Source of the DNA: Octopus bimaculoides | Lineage: Eukaryota | DNA: 64,000 bases | Reading direction: 5' to 3' | Assembly (NCBI RefSeq): GCF_001194135.2 | Contig: NC_069001.1 | Coordinates: 33,832,227-33,896,226 of the forward strand | In this document: positions 1 to 13,259 of the stretch, in pieces | How positions within the stretch are numbered: the stretch's first letter is position 1 | Layout: each line of letters starts with the position of its first letter | Translations under genes and position numbers: made by a program | Notes under the pieces: generated by a model | Told to the model about the DNA's origin: nothing | Database searches by the model: none | Seen by the model: only the letters and a program-made list of their open reading frames with translations

Positions 1-43
<43 letters not shown>

Positions 44-492
44 TATATAGATAAAAAAAATGATATACATATGTAGTGTAAAGTGTGTCTGGAGAAATCA
101 GCAAACCAACCAACCAACCAACATTTATATCTCCTGTTATTATTGCTGTTGTTGTTGTACACACACACGCCAGTACACTTTGTTCCACCTCCCCTACTTT
201 TCCTTCTTCATATCCGTTTCCTCCATTACTCTCACTCTAGCATTGTTCTCACTCTTATTCTAATCTCTCCAGCATCTTCTCACAATGTTAAATCTGTTCC
301 ACCCTTCATGGTGTCTCTCTCTCTCTCTGTTTTGCCTTGTGAGCAATGTGCCATGTAAAAAGCACTGGTGCTGGTGCCATGTAAAAAGCACCCATTACAC
401 TCTGGAGAGTGGTTGGCTTTAGGAAGGGCATCCAGCCATAGAAACCATGTCAATGCAGCCCCTGTCCTTACCGGCTCCTGTCAAGCCATCCA

Positions 493-547
493 ACACATGT
501 CAACATGTCAACATGTCAACATGTCAACATGTCAACATGTCAACATG
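493..547 (+). repeat. (CAACATGT)n 8-bp tandem array inside a family C SINE tail
   Basis: About 7 consecutive units. Confidence 0.95.
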
Positions 548-580
548 GAAAATGGCCATTAAATGAGGATATATAAATAT

Positions 581-772
581 TTATTCTTTTATTTGTTTCA
601 ATCATTTGACTGCAGCCGTGCTTGAGCAGTGCCTTTAGTTGAACAAATTGACTGCAGGACTTACTATTTTTTTCAAGCCCAGTACTTATTCTATCGGTCG
701 ATTTTGCCAATCCGCTAAGTTACGGGGACATAAACAAACCAACANNNNNNNNNNGGGAGGACAAACACACAC

Positions 773-822
<50 letters not shown>

Positions 823-965
823 GACAGGCTTCTTTCAGTTTCTGTCTACCAAATCCACTCACAAGGCTTTGGTTGGCCCGAGGCTATAGTAGAAGACACT
901 TGCCCAAGGTGCCACACAGTGGGACTGACCCTGGAACCATGTGATCAGTAAGCAAGCTACTTACC
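581..965 (-). mobile_element. tRNA-derived SINE, family A (CORE-like ACCTTGGGCAAGT block, internal (TA/TG)n, AAAAGAAT tail)
   Basis: Colinear with copies at 2430-2847(+), 10690-11060(-), 21498-21770(+), 22170-22520(-), 30268-30665, 31560-31765(+), 37345-37735(-), 46500-46740(-), 57760-57930(+), 58540-58760(+). Head has TGGCTGTGTGG (A box) and GGTTCAGTCC (B box). Confidence 0.85.
745..754. other. Assembly gap (N run)
   Basis: 10 N. Confidence 1.
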
Positions 966-2429
966 ACACACACACACACACACACATATATATGTGTGAT
1001 GAGGATGATGATGATGATGAATATAGTGACCTGTCATGAAGCTCAGATTATACTGGCAAGTTTTGACATAATAGACATACATCTCTATTCACTCTATATA
1101 AAGAATTGAGTTCTCTGTCAGAAAACGTTTGCACTACCAGACTGAGTCAAAAGTTGGCTCAGATTTTCACTGATGATTTTTGGCCTCAATAATACATTTG
1201 TCTATGCATGTAAGTACATAAAAAAACGTCTCGTGCGATTTCCACCTGAGCATAATACATGAACATTGACCAATCAAATTGCACATTAAGAGACAGTGTT
1301 CTGAGCTTTAAAACAAAGTATTTTTATAACAGCCAGAACAGACATAATTCATGACAACTCCTTAGAGTATACACTTTTGAAAATCTATTGTGAAAACAGT
1401 CAAGTGTATTCTTGTATTTTAAAATATAATTAAATTCTAATTTATTCTATGTACATTTTCAACATCATTTCTACTTCTATCCCTCCAGTTGTTTGGATTA
1501 ATAACCATTTACATTTGGTTGATGTAAGTGAATTTGGTTGATGGAAGCTGAAAGAATGCATAATCTGCGCTGAGCTGAAAACGGTGATGTTTGTTGGCTT
1601 TTCTTGTCAACAAATTATTTGTTAGTTCTGTGATTTCGAAGATTAGTGAAATGAAAAACCAAAAAAAAAAAAAAAATTCTGTAGCAATAAAACTTTGAAA
1701 ACAAAAAACAGGAAGGGCATCTGGCAGTAAAATAATGCCTCAACAGTGTGTATCCATCCCACCAATATCAACATAGAAAAACAGATGCAAAACAAAGAAA
1801 TGAACATACAAACATGCGTACATTTATAAATGCATACATACATATTACATATACATCTTTACATATAATATATATTTATATATATCCATATATTTTCATT
1901 TACAAACACACATACATATATATTAACAAAGATTCAAACATATTTATATATACATGTGTGTCATTCATACACACATATTCTTAGATACATACAGGCACAT
2001 ATACACATGTACATACATGCAGCAATGCACATACATATTTCTATTTACATATACACAATTTCCCTTATTAAACAATGAAATGTTTTGCTTTGAAGTAATT
2101 CTTTGATGTAGGCACAATTAAAAAGAAGATTGAATTAAAAAATGATATGTAGATCTGAAAGATATTCCTTTGTAAAGCATTGCCTATTTGTCATTATACT
2201 TATCTATCTATCTGCAGTTTCTGTTAAAGGAAGCATTGCCAATGTTACTCATGGAATCTCTCAATACCATATATGATGTCAGATCAACTAACTCAACTCT
2301 TGCTTTCTTGTTGATTCAATGCAGCGAACAAAAAAGCTATTCTTGCTGGAATACTGCCGATCAAATACACACTTGCTTACCTTTACTCTGGCGTACATGC
2401 ACACACCCGTACAAAGAAAAAATACACAA

Positions 2430-2847
2430 GGCATGGCTGTGTGGTACAAAGCTTGCTTCCCAACCACATGCTTCTGGGTTCAGTCCCATTGTGTGGAACT
2501 TTGGGCAAGTGTCTTCTACTGTCGCCTTGGGCTGACCAAAGCCTTGAATGGATTTAGTAGATGAAAACTGTAAAAAGCCTGTTGTGTATGTGTGTGTGTG
2601 TGTCTGTGTGTATATATGTATTTATGTGTGTATGTCTGCGTTTGTTCCTCTGCAATCACTCGACAACCAATGGTGGTGTTTTTATGACTCTGTAACTTGG
2701 CCATTCAGCCAAACACACTGATAGAATAAGTACTAGACTTACAAAGAATAGGTCCTGGGGTCGATTTCTTCAACGAAAACCCTTTAAAGTGGTACTCCAG
2801 CATGGCTGCAGCCAAATAACTGAAACAAGTAAAAGAATAAGAGAATA
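2430..2847 (+). mobile_element. Full-length SINE family A copy
   Basis: ggcatggctgtgtggta..gggttcagtccca..actttgggcaagtgtcttctact..acaagtaaaagaataagagaa. Confidence 0.85.
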
Positions 2848-3065
2848 CGATGGGGTGTGAAAAGTTCCTGGCTTTTGGTAAAAGAAAATACAGGAGGATT
2901 AATTAATTATGATTTTATTCAGCATATTCCCTAATCAAATTCACACACTTATTGCAGCAGTCCTTCAGTTTTCCTAAACCCTGTGAAAGAACTTGGAAGG
3001 TTGGGCCTCCAACCAAGCCTTTCGTGATACCCTTAAAGCCAGGAACTTTTCAGCACTCCCTCGTA
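2846..3065. mobile_element. Mariner-derived MITE
   Basis: TA at both ends; TIRs tacga(t)ggggtg(c)tgaaaagttcctggcttt and aaagccaggaacttttcagcactccctcgta. Confidence 0.85.
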
Positions 3066-4506
3066 CATTTGGTCAGACAATATATACAATAAGGTGTATA
3101 CATGACATACAATAAATCCTTTGAGTATTAGCATCTTTATATCTATATCTTGTGTGTACATTTAGATGAAAGACTATTACTGCAGGAATCAGAGCTCCAT
3201 ATGGATTATCATTATCCAGTACAGTGGTTAGTTATTATCCATCTATAATATAGTGGTTATCCATATAGATATCATCATTCGGTATAGTGGTTAGTTGATT
3301 GACCACTCTACTTAGCAGTGTTACTAGTTATGATAAACAGAATGTATGAAGTGAAAAATTAAGATAAATAAACAGCAACAAAAATATTTAGCTCCTACGT
3401 ATGTTTCACCACTGCTGTTAATTAGAAGTCGGCATTGGATGTTTCAAAGTAGATATGAATGCCTAACTGCAATGGATTATTTGTGTGTATGATTGTGTAT
3501 ACACACACACACACACCGGGCAAAATGCTTAGCGGTATTTTGTCTGTCTTTGTTCTGAGTTCAAATTCCGCCAAGGTCGACTTTGCCTTTCATCCTTTCA
3601 GGGTTGATAAATTAAGTACCAGTTGCATACTGGGTCGATCTAATCGACTGGCTCCCTTCCCCAAAATTTCAGGCCTTGCGCCAAGAGTAGAAAATAAAAG
3701 AATATGCCTGTTTTTTGTAAAACAGTGTAAGAAAGTTGCATTTCTATGTACAAAATAGTAGCATTCAATCAACATAGATCAATAAAGTATGTATAAATTG
3801 AAACAAGTCCTGGGATCAATATGATGGATTAGGGCAGCGAGTTGGCAGAATCATTAGCACATCGAGCAAAATGCTTAATGGCGTTTCATCTATCCTTAGG
3901 TTCTGGGTTCAAATTCTGCTGGGGTTGATTTTGCCTTTTATCCTTTTCAAGGTCAATAAAATCAGTACCAGCTGAACACTAGGGTTGATGCTGGCCTTGT
4001 GCCAAAATGTGAAATCAATATCATGAACTGAAACCAATGAAAATAGTGCCCCAGCTTGGCCATAATCCAATGAGCGAACCCATTCAAAGAATAATATAAT
4101 TAAAATAATATAAGGATAATTAATAAAACTGCTTATTATGTAAAATGTTAACCACTGATAAACCAGTTTTATTTTACACATATTGGTTATTTCTGATAAA
4201 CATCAATTTAATTTGCAATAAATAACATTGAATGGATAGAATTGAATGTAGGACTGCTGTTTCTGTCTTTCTGAATCCCTGATCATCATCAAATTTGTAA
4301 CGATATTTACGATCTGAATCTCAATATCCACAACATAACATTACCATACTTTGTGTTTGTGTTGTTTAATTACTTAATTTTCATGTCTGACACCAACTAA
4401 CAATCACGCATAGAATTTTAGTGTGCTTCACAAAACACAGTTTTGACAAATGTTCATTAACAACATTAATTAGTAAAACTAAAATATTATATTAAGAGGT
4501 GTGTAC

Positions 4507-4608
4507 CTTGCATTTATTCCTTTTGGTGTTAGAATTGCAGCTGCTGCTGCTACTGCTGCTACTGTTGTTTCCATATTTGTTACGAATATTAGTTTTACAA
4601 CATTTCAC
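4507..4608 (-). CDS. Candidate 102-bp exon: VKCCKTNIRNKYGNNSSSSSSSSCNSNTKRNKCK (phase 0/0), or internal start METTVAAVAAAAAILTPKGINA
   Basis: Polypyrimidine plus aaacag| acceptor, AAG|gtacac donor, length divisible by 3, (CAG/TAG)n repeat. Confidence 0.3.
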
Positions 4609-4962
4609 CTGTTTATTGTTGGAGAAAAGATTAAAAAAAAAATTAAAGAAAAGTAATGTTGCTTTAAATTATGTTGATTTTTACATTTAATGTAAGGATT
4701 CAAAAAGACAATAATCGTGATTAGAGACTAATGAGTCTGGCAGGAGATAGGGGGATTGGCACTTTGCTAGTTATGACAAGTGTTCCAGTTGATCCGATCA
4801 GTGGAACAGCTCGCTCATGAAATTAATGTACAAGTGGCTCAGCACCCCACAGGTGTGTGTACTCTTAACGCTCTAGTACTGTTCCCCTCTTTCTCTCTGT
4901 TATCCACAAACATACAGTGACATCAAGGAGATTCAGCATGACACAAGATGTGACAAGGCTGG

Positions 4963-5189
4963 TAGAACCGTTAGCACGCCGGGCGAAATGCTTACCGGTA
5001 TTTCGTCTGTCGTTACGTTCTGAGTTCAAATTCCGCCGAAGTCAACTTTGCCTTTCATCCTTCCGGGGTCGATAAATTAAGTACCAGTTACGCACTGGGG
5101 TCGATGTAATCGACTTAATATCCCTTTGTCTGTCCTTGTTTGTCCCCTCTATGTTTAGCCCCTGGTGGGCAATAAAGAAAATAAAAAAT
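4963..5189 (+). mobile_element. SINE family B (GCAGAATCGTTAGCAC..GAGTTCAAATTCCGCC..TAAGTACCAGTT), young copy nested in a family D SINE
   Basis: CpG-intact and flanked by AAGGCTGG at 4955-4962 and 5190-5197. Other copies at 3515, 3833, 9295(-), 9765, 10000, 23585(-), 26730(-), 39495, 39733, 42865(-), 47235, 47555(-). Confidence 0.85.
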
Positions 5190-5569
5190 AAGGCTGGCCT
5201 TTGAAATCCAGGTACAACTCATTTTTGCTGGCTGAGTGGACTGGAGTAACATCAGATGAAGAGTCTATTGCTCAATGACATATAATGTGGGCCAACCGAG
5301 ACTTGAACTAGTCACCTTACGATCGTGAGCCGAATACCTTAACCACTTAGCAACGTGCTTTGACATTTGCAGGAAATAACAGACCTAATTAAAGAAGACA
5401 CTACTTGATACATCAGCAAGAAATAAATGTTAAAGTGACACATTTTGAAGATGGCAAACGTCCAAACACTGACTCTTAGTCTTTTTGCTCAACAGAACAA
5501 CAACAGGTTTTCCGTGACCTCTTTTCGCATTCAAAAACAGTTATCATTCTTCATTCTTTCTTTCTTTCA

Positions 5570-5791
5570 CACATCCCTCTCTTTTTGTTCTTTTCACTCT
5601 ATCTCTTTCCTTCTTTCTTTCTCTCTCTCCTTTTCTTTCGTTCGATCTCCTCTTTCCTGCTTTTCCTTCCTCCTTTCTCCTTATCTAACTCCCTTTCTTT
5701 CTCACCTTCTCCTTCTCTTTCTCACTCTCTTTCTACCTTCCTCTGTTCATTACTTCTTTTATTTCTTTCTTTCTTACCGTCATATCTCCCC

Positions 5792-5829
<38 letters not shown>

Positions 5830-5835
5830 TTCTCT
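5570..5835 (+). repeat. Polypyrimidine (CT/CTTT) low-complexity tract
   Basis: Direct inspection; similar tracts at 14500-14900 and 45100-45790. Confidence 0.9.
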
Positions 5836-6018
5836 CTCATTCAGACATGTTTAAACTGCAAACTAATCCCCAGATTTAAGAATAAATAATGTGATGAGGC
5901 TCTTCTATTTCAATCATAGTGATACAACGGAATTGATGTTTTACCAAAAATTATGGTAAGAACATTGACCTGAAGAACTCTTGAGGTTGATTTCTGATGA
6001 GCATATGTGTGTGTATTT

Positions 6019-6057
<39 letters not shown>

Positions 6058-6090
6058 AATATATATACAGACACATACATATAGAGACAC

Positions 6091-6127
<37 letters not shown>

Positions 6128-6834
6128 TCATGCTGAAGATATTAATAAGTGAAAGTAGTATTTAATTTAAAATTTTTATTAATATGAAGACAAATATGGT
6201 ATCAGAGTGTCTATACACACAAATAGACATACATACATGTATCTAAATATATGACACACAAGTATATGTGCATATATATGTTTATATACATATGTGTACA
6301 TATATGTATGTGTATATCAGTATATATCGGAAGTGTATATCAGTATATTTAAGAAATAATCATACATTAAAGAAAAGTAAATTTTTGTAATTGAAAATAC
6401 AAATTTATGTATAACGTTATAGACTGGTAAGGTATAATTTAATTTTGTAACTGGTATGTCTTGTAAGCCGTAAAAGAAGTGGTGGAACCTGGGGTTAAAA
6501 CGGTATTCTAATAATCCCCACAAATCACGAATTCTTACGTAAAAGGATTCAATCATGCTGCACTAAACCACAAAAGTATTACATATTAATTTCTAGCTGG
6601 CTTTAAGCTCCATGATCAAATTATTCTCTCAGTCTTACTCTCACTTCTCTCTCTCTCTGTATGTATGTATGTATGTATGTATGTGTATATAAGTTGGTGT
6701 AGGTGTATCTATGCGGTAAGAAGTTTGCTTCCCAACCACATAGTGCCAGGTTCAGTCCCACTGTGGGACACCTTGGGGAAATGTCTTATACTATGGCCTC
6801 AGACTGACCAAATCCTTATAAGTGGATTCAGAAC

Positions 6835-6930
6835 CGAGCTGTCATCATTCATGAGTTTCTTGCCAAAAACAACATGGTATTGCTTCCGCACCCACCCTAT
6901 TTACCAGATTTAGCACCTTGTTCTCCTTGA
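6835..6930 (+). mobile_element. Mariner transposase fragment (YSPDLAP motif region)
   Basis: Translation RAVIIHEFLAKNNMVLLPHPPYLPDLAPCS corresponds to the mariner PHPPYSPDLAP motif. Confidence 0.8.
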
Positions 6931-8137
6931 TGGCTCTTATGTTGTTGACTCATGTGTTGTCGAATCTTTTAACTTCTTGTTTATTTAAGGACCAAACTAT
7001 TTTTCTTCTCACAAGTTTTAGTGGCCCAGCAAAGATCAAAAGCATGCTCAATACTCTTGACTAAACCATTTGAAGAAGAAAAGAAACTTGAATGGAAAGC
7101 ATATTTAAAATCTGGAGAACAGTACTATCATACTATACCAGTAAAAAGGTTGGGATAAAAAGAATGGTAAAAAAAAAACAAACAAAAAAAAAAACAGGTG
7201 TGAGCATGAAAAGAAACAGGGGTACGTATGTGAATGTGTAAGTCGGATGGAATGAGAAACTGTGACAGTGAAAGAGAGAGAGGGGGGGGGGAGAAAATCA
7301 AGATAGATAAGTATATAACTCAGTTTGTTATCAAAGACTTGGAAATCCCAACTTGGAGAATAGATACAATGGCAGCTTGTTGACTGAAATAGGGTGTGCT
7401 CACTGCAACTGTGTCCCATGTACACTTGTAACACCCCCACCACACACACACACACACGTGTTCTACAGTTTGATCTTAGCATACACACACACACAAGCAT
7501 ACACTTCTCTGGTCATGGATCATACAAGGCGTGAACGAAAACACAAGAGGTTATTTGGCAACATTTCAGACAAGAAACAGTTAAACATTTCTTACATTGA
7601 AACGAAGACAAACATGAAGGATGAGGGAGACAGAAATTGGGAATCTAACCAAAGTTGAGAAAGAAAGCAAGACAAAGTGAATGAGAAAGACATAGAAGGC
7701 AAGTAGGAGGAGGAGGGGACAAAGTAGTGGGAGGAGGTGGAGGAAGAGTAGGAGAGATTAAAATGCCATAAACCAAATCTAAATCGGCTTCACATCTGTT
7801 TTAAACATTTGTCAGTGGATTGCTCTGCATATTATTTGCATCAATTGTCAGAGTAATTTAACAAACAAATGTCTTTACTTAATATCAATCACTAAGCATT
7901 AAAAAAAAGGCAAGATCATAAATAAGGCATGTAAAATGATAATGAATGATAACAGTGTGTGTGTGTGTGTGTGTGTGTACACATGTATATTTGTATATAA
8001 GTATGATTATACAAATATTATACACATGTAATTGTAATTTCATGCCACGCTAAACATTAATGTCAACCCACCAGAGTAATATCATCATAATTCTCATTTA
8101 ACATCCATGTTCCATGCTGGCATGGGTTGGATGGATA

Positions 8138-8365
8138 TATGAGGGTGGGGGGCGGGGCACTGAAAAATTCCTGATTTGGGTAAAAGAAAATAGAGGAGGA
8201 TCAACTGATTATGATTTTATGCAACATATTCCCCTCCCAGATTTGCACACTTATTGCAGCGGTCCTTCAGTTTTTCTAAACCCTGTAAAAAAATTCAGAA
8301 GGTTGGGCTTCTAACCAAGCCTTTCACGATACCCTTAAAGCCAGGAACTTTTCAGCACACCCTTG
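8138..8365. mobile_element. Mariner-derived MITE (same family as 2846-3065)
   Basis: Colinear similarity to 2846-3065, ending aaagccaggaacttttcagcacaccctt. Confidence 0.8.
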
Positions 8366-9521
8366 TGTGTGTGTGTATGTGTGCACGTGCATGTGTTGTC
8401 TTGCATGTACTTGGTGACCCTGTCAGTGCAGGTCTCACTTAAAAGCACCCAGTCCACACTGTAAAGTGGTTGGCATTTGGAAGGGCATCCAGCTGTAAAA
8501 ACCTTGCCGAAACTGACCTTGCCTGTGCTTGTGCCAGGTAAAAAGCACCAAGTCCACTCTGCTGGAGTATTAAATGAAATTTCCCTGAGAAAGTCTACAA
8601 ATGCATGAGCTCCAAGTGCAAATCCTTCCCTGAATATGATCTATGTGTTTTATCTTCCATCCTAATCAGCTTCTCAACTATGTACACCTACCATTTTGCA
8701 TATAATATGTTTTCAACTGAAAAGCAGATGGAGAAAAATAACTGGCGCACAAGAACCTTTATTTTACTTAGCATTAGAATAAGAAATATTTTTATGACCT
8801 AATTCTTATTGTGGTATACTAACTCATAGATAAGAATAAAGTTAGAATCACAATGCAGAGATATTTGTTTTTTTTCCATCTAGTTTGAAGATAGTATAAC
8901 TAGAAAATTATCAAATGGATTACATTGTATCTCAGGAAATATTCAAAATTTGGAAAATATTAAAAAAAAAAAAAACCCTTAATTGCAAAGGACCTAGAGT
9001 TTACACAGAAAAACTAACTTCATATTTAAATTCAGCATACTCAAATTAGGTAATACCAATTGTTGGTATCAATGCAACAATAATTTTGTTGGTCAGTGGA
9101 ATCTATAGAATATGGCCAATTCAATTTCCAGCAGCCAGGTAGACCTTAAGGCCCCTTATGATGCCATCTGAGCGTCCGTTACATCTGAGCAGACTATAGG
9201 TTAGAAAAATCTCTGTGAGGATGTAGTCAAAGCTCCAAGTGCTAACTGACCTTTCAATTTTTAGCCAATTATACGGTAAAGAAATAGTGATTTCATATTT
9301 TGGCACAAGGTCAACAAGTTTGAGGGAGTAAATTGATGACATTGATCCCAGTAGGCACCTGGTACTTGTTTTATCAACCTTTAAAGGATGGAAAAGTAAT
9401 ATTGAACTCAGAATGTAAAGATGGATGAAATGCCACTGGCGGTTCTGCCAGCTCTTTGCCTTTGTGGTAATAAAATATTGCTGATGTGAAGGGATTACAT
9501 TTTAATATTTTGAGATATTAA

Positions 9522-9760
9522 CCCTTGGGAGACGACAGGGCTGATCTCACAACCAAAAAGTTAAATGACAAAGAAGATTGTACTAGTTCATTTTCTACAA
9601 GAACGTCGAGAATGTATATAGTTTTATATACGTAAGGTAATTACTTGATTTCTTATAATTTTTTTTTGAAAAATAAGTGCATGCCCTCTGTATAGGGCTT
9701 CTGAAAAGGGCTCCATCTTTTTGGTACTGAAACTCCAAACGAGGCTCTGTTTCTAAAGGG
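9522..9760. mobile_element. piggyBac-type MITE with TTAA target-site duplication
   Basis: TTAA(9518-9521)|CCCTTgggagac ... gtttctaAAGGG|TTAA(9761-9764). Confidence 0.75.
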
Positions 9761-10456
9761 TTAAGGTGGCGAGCTGCCAAAGTCATTAGCACAAGGGACA
9801 AAGTGCTGAGCGGCATTTTGTCTGTCTTTATGTTATGAGTTCAAATTCTGTCAAGGTGAGGCTGACTTTGCTTGTTGTCCTTTCGAGGTCGATAAAACAA
9901 TTACCAGTTGAACACTGAGGTTGCTGCAATCAACTTATCACTTCCCCCAAACTTGCTGGCCTTGTGCCACAGTATGAAATCAATATTTTGAGAGATATTA
10001 GGGTGGCAAGCTGCCAGAGTCATTAGCACACCAGACAAAATGCTTAGTAGCATTTCATCTGTCAAATTCTGCCAAGGTCAACTGTGCCTTTCATCCTTTG
10101 GGGCGGGGGCGGTCAATAAAATAAGCACTAGGTGATCACTGGGGTCGATATAATCAACTTGTCTTCTCCCTGAAACTTGCTGGCCTTGTGTCAAAATTTG
10201 AAACCAATATTTTGAGATATTAGTTTGAAAATGATCTCTTCATAGAAATTATAAATAGCAGTTGAAATAGAAAAAAAAGTATTGGGAATAAATAAGTCAG
10301 TTTCAGCAAGTGTCTTCTAAAATTGCTTCATGCTTACCAATGCCTTGTCAGGGGAATTGGCAAACAAAAACTGACTGGACACTTGTTGAGAGAGAGAGAG
10401 AGTGTGTGTGTGTGTGTGTGCACATATAATTTCATGTGTATGTATATATCTATGTG

Positions 10457-10514
<58 letters not shown>

Positions 10515-10660
10515 CATATATACATACATATGTAGAGGTGCAATTGCCCAGTGGTTAGGGTAGCGAAAACACGTAAAGCACCACAAGGCTCCGGTGGGGG
10601 GTTCTGTTGACTGAATCAACTGGAACCCTCATCGTCATAAATGACGGAGTGCCATGACGA

Positions 10661-10689
<29 letters not shown>

Positions 10690-10691
<2 letters not shown>

Positions 10692-11060
10692 TTTTACTTG
10701 TTTCAGTCATTTGACTGTGGCTGTGCTGGAGTACCACCTTTAGTCAAACAAACTGACCCTAAGACTTATTCTTTGTAAGCCTAGTACTTATTCTATTGGC
10801 CTCTTTTGCCAGACTGCTAAGTTACATGTACTTAAACACACCTACATTGGCTGTCAAACTATGGATAGGAGAACAGACACAGACACACAAATACATACAT
10901 ATATATATACGATGGGCTTCTTTCAGTTTCCATCTACGAAATCCACTCACAAGGCTTTGGTCAGCCTGAGGCTATAATAGAAGACACTTGGCCAAGGTGC
11001 CACACAGTGGGACTGAACCCAGAATCATGTGGTGAGAGGCAAGCTTCTTACCACACAGTG
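10690..11060 (-). mobile_element. Full-length SINE family A copy
   Basis: Reverse complement of the 2430-2847 layout. Confidence 0.85.
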
Positions 11061-11086
11061 CCTATATATAGATGCAAACATACATC

Positions 11087-11123
<37 letters not shown>

Positions 11124-11989
11124 GTACATACACATACATATCTCCCTTTCCTTCATCTCTTGCTTCCCCATCCACACTCCCAGTACCTCTGTCCCCACTG
11201 ACTTTTGCACACCGTTGGTACTGATCATTCTCTCCCTCTCTTCTAAATGCAAGAATTCCCTTACAAGAACCTACTTTTCCCCCACCTCTCATACTCTAAC
11301 CCGCATCATTGGGTTTCATAGTCTAGTGAACTGCATGACAACCTCACCAGCACTGGTGGCATGAAAAAAAGCACCCTGTACATGTCACAGTAGTAAAGTA
11401 GTTGGCATTAGGAATGACATCCAAAACAGACAGTGGAACACGATGCAGTCTTTGGACTCATCTGATCCTAACAAACTGACCAGCCATGCCAACATGCAGA
11501 ATGGATGTTAAATGATGATAATGACATACAATCATTTGTTAACTTTATATCAGTTTTCCATGCTGGCATGGGTTAGATGATGAAATTAGTAAGGCATTGT
11601 TTTATAGTTGGACGCCCTTTCTGTCACTAAACCTTTTCTCTTTTTCAAGTAAGGGATCTCTTGAAAGACGCCAAGTTAACAGAGTTTGCTGAAAGGAGGA
11701 GAAATGACAACAATATTATCACTTGTAGCCCACAACTTTCAGAAAAGCACAAATGTAAACCTACAGAGCAGGTACACATAAGCATGCACATACATGCATA
11801 CGCGGACACACATTCTCCTTTCAATCAGATCCACTTACAAGCTGTTAGTTAACTCAGTGTTATCCTAGAAGACACTTGGTTCAAATACCAAGCAATGGGA
11901 ATGAACCCCAAAAATCATACGATTGGAAGCAAACTTCTTAATCAAATCACATAACCATTAGTATGGCTGTAGATCTATCTACCAATCTA

Positions 11990-12294
11990 AGTGTCTATAT
12001 TTATATATATATCTGTCTATCTATCTCTATTTATATATTTATCTTTATATATATATAGTCAAATCATCATTGAATATATATATATCTATCTATATTTATA
12101 TATATATATATCTGTCTGTCTATATTTATATATATACCTATCTTTCTATCTATATATACCTGTCTTTCTATCTATCTATCTATACCTGTCTTTCTATCTA
12201 TCTATCTATCTATACCTGTCTTTCTATCTATCTATCTATCTATATATACCTGTCTATCTATCTATCTATCTATCTATACCTGTCTATCTATATA

Positions 12295-12351
<57 letters not shown>

Positions 12352-12400
12352 GTCTATCTATCTACATCTGTCTATCTATCTATACACACACACACATATA
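11990..12400 (+). repeat. Compound (TCTA)n/(TA)n microsatellite with a higher-order atacctgtct unit
   Basis: Direct inspection; source of the spurious ORFs 11991-12473 and 12070-12597. Confidence 0.95.
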
Positions 12401-12497
12401 TATCTATCCACACAAACACACATTTATGTGTATATACTTACAGATACACATATACATATATGAGAGTCAGTAGGGAGAGGAAGTACTCAAGACTTAC

Positions 12498-12530
12498 CAT
12501 CGATGCTACTGGGAACAGAATGAAGACCAT
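12498..12530 (-). CDS. Candidate first coding exon MVFILFPVASM (minus strand)
   Basis: Strong donor ATG|gtaagt at 12497 and a CpG-rich upstream region at 12600-12960; very short ORF. Confidence 0.25.
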
Positions 12531-13025
12531 GACATGCCACTTATACTATAACTCTATATCTTTCACACAAACGAACAATCAGCCCCCATATTATTAACTT
12601 CATCCCCCAATTTAGTAGTGCAAAGTAAAGGCTACGGATACAGCCACCCCACACCTCCTCATTCAAACGGGGGTGGGGAGACGGACGTGAAATGTCCCCG
12701 TATGACCAAAGCCCAGTTGTTGGAAGTAGTAAAAAATGTATCTCCGCATACTAACAAGCTGCTAAGAGCTCGGTGTATACAACGGAGTGCAAAACGTTCG
12801 TACACACAGACACACTATCAACAACTTGTTAGCTGGTTGGGTATCGTTGTCATCCGATTGTGATGCGTATTTTATTCCCAGTCGGGTATCTGAGCATTCT
12901 GTGGTTTTCGCTTATATATCGTCTAGTACAGTATCGATAAGACTACTTGGATAGTCCGGTGTTGAAGAGGCGATTGAATATTGATGGAGGTGTAGAGAAG
13001 AATAAACGGAATCCAAAAAGACAAG

Positions 13026-13063
<38 letters not shown>

Positions 13064-13259
13064 NNNNNNNNNNNNNNNNNNNNNNNNNNNNNNNNNNNNN
13101 NNNNNNNNNNNNNNNNNNNNNNNNNNNNNNNNNNNNNNNNNNNNNNNNNNNNNNNNNNNNNNNNNNNNNNNNNNNNNNNNNNNNNNNNNNNNNNNNNNNN
13201 NNNNNNNNNNNNNNNNNNNNNNNNNNNNNNNNNNNNNNNNNNNNNNNNNNNNNNNNNNN
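13064..13259. other. Assembly gap (N run)
   Basis: N run after (TA)n. Confidence 1.

Noticed and set aside
4200-4350. In-frame TGA read-through (selenoprotein-like CCGY*DSDRKYRYKF) on the minus strand
   Set aside because: No SECIS or homology support and no credible exon boundaries.
9603-9648. Exon-like NVENVYSFIYV with AG|gtaatt donor
   Set aside because: Inside the TTAA-flanked piggyBac-type MITE 9522-9760.
11991-12597. 160-aa and 175-aa ORFs
   Set aside because: Translations of the (TCTA)n/(TA)n microsatellite (YLSI/IYIY repeats); stop-free by construction.
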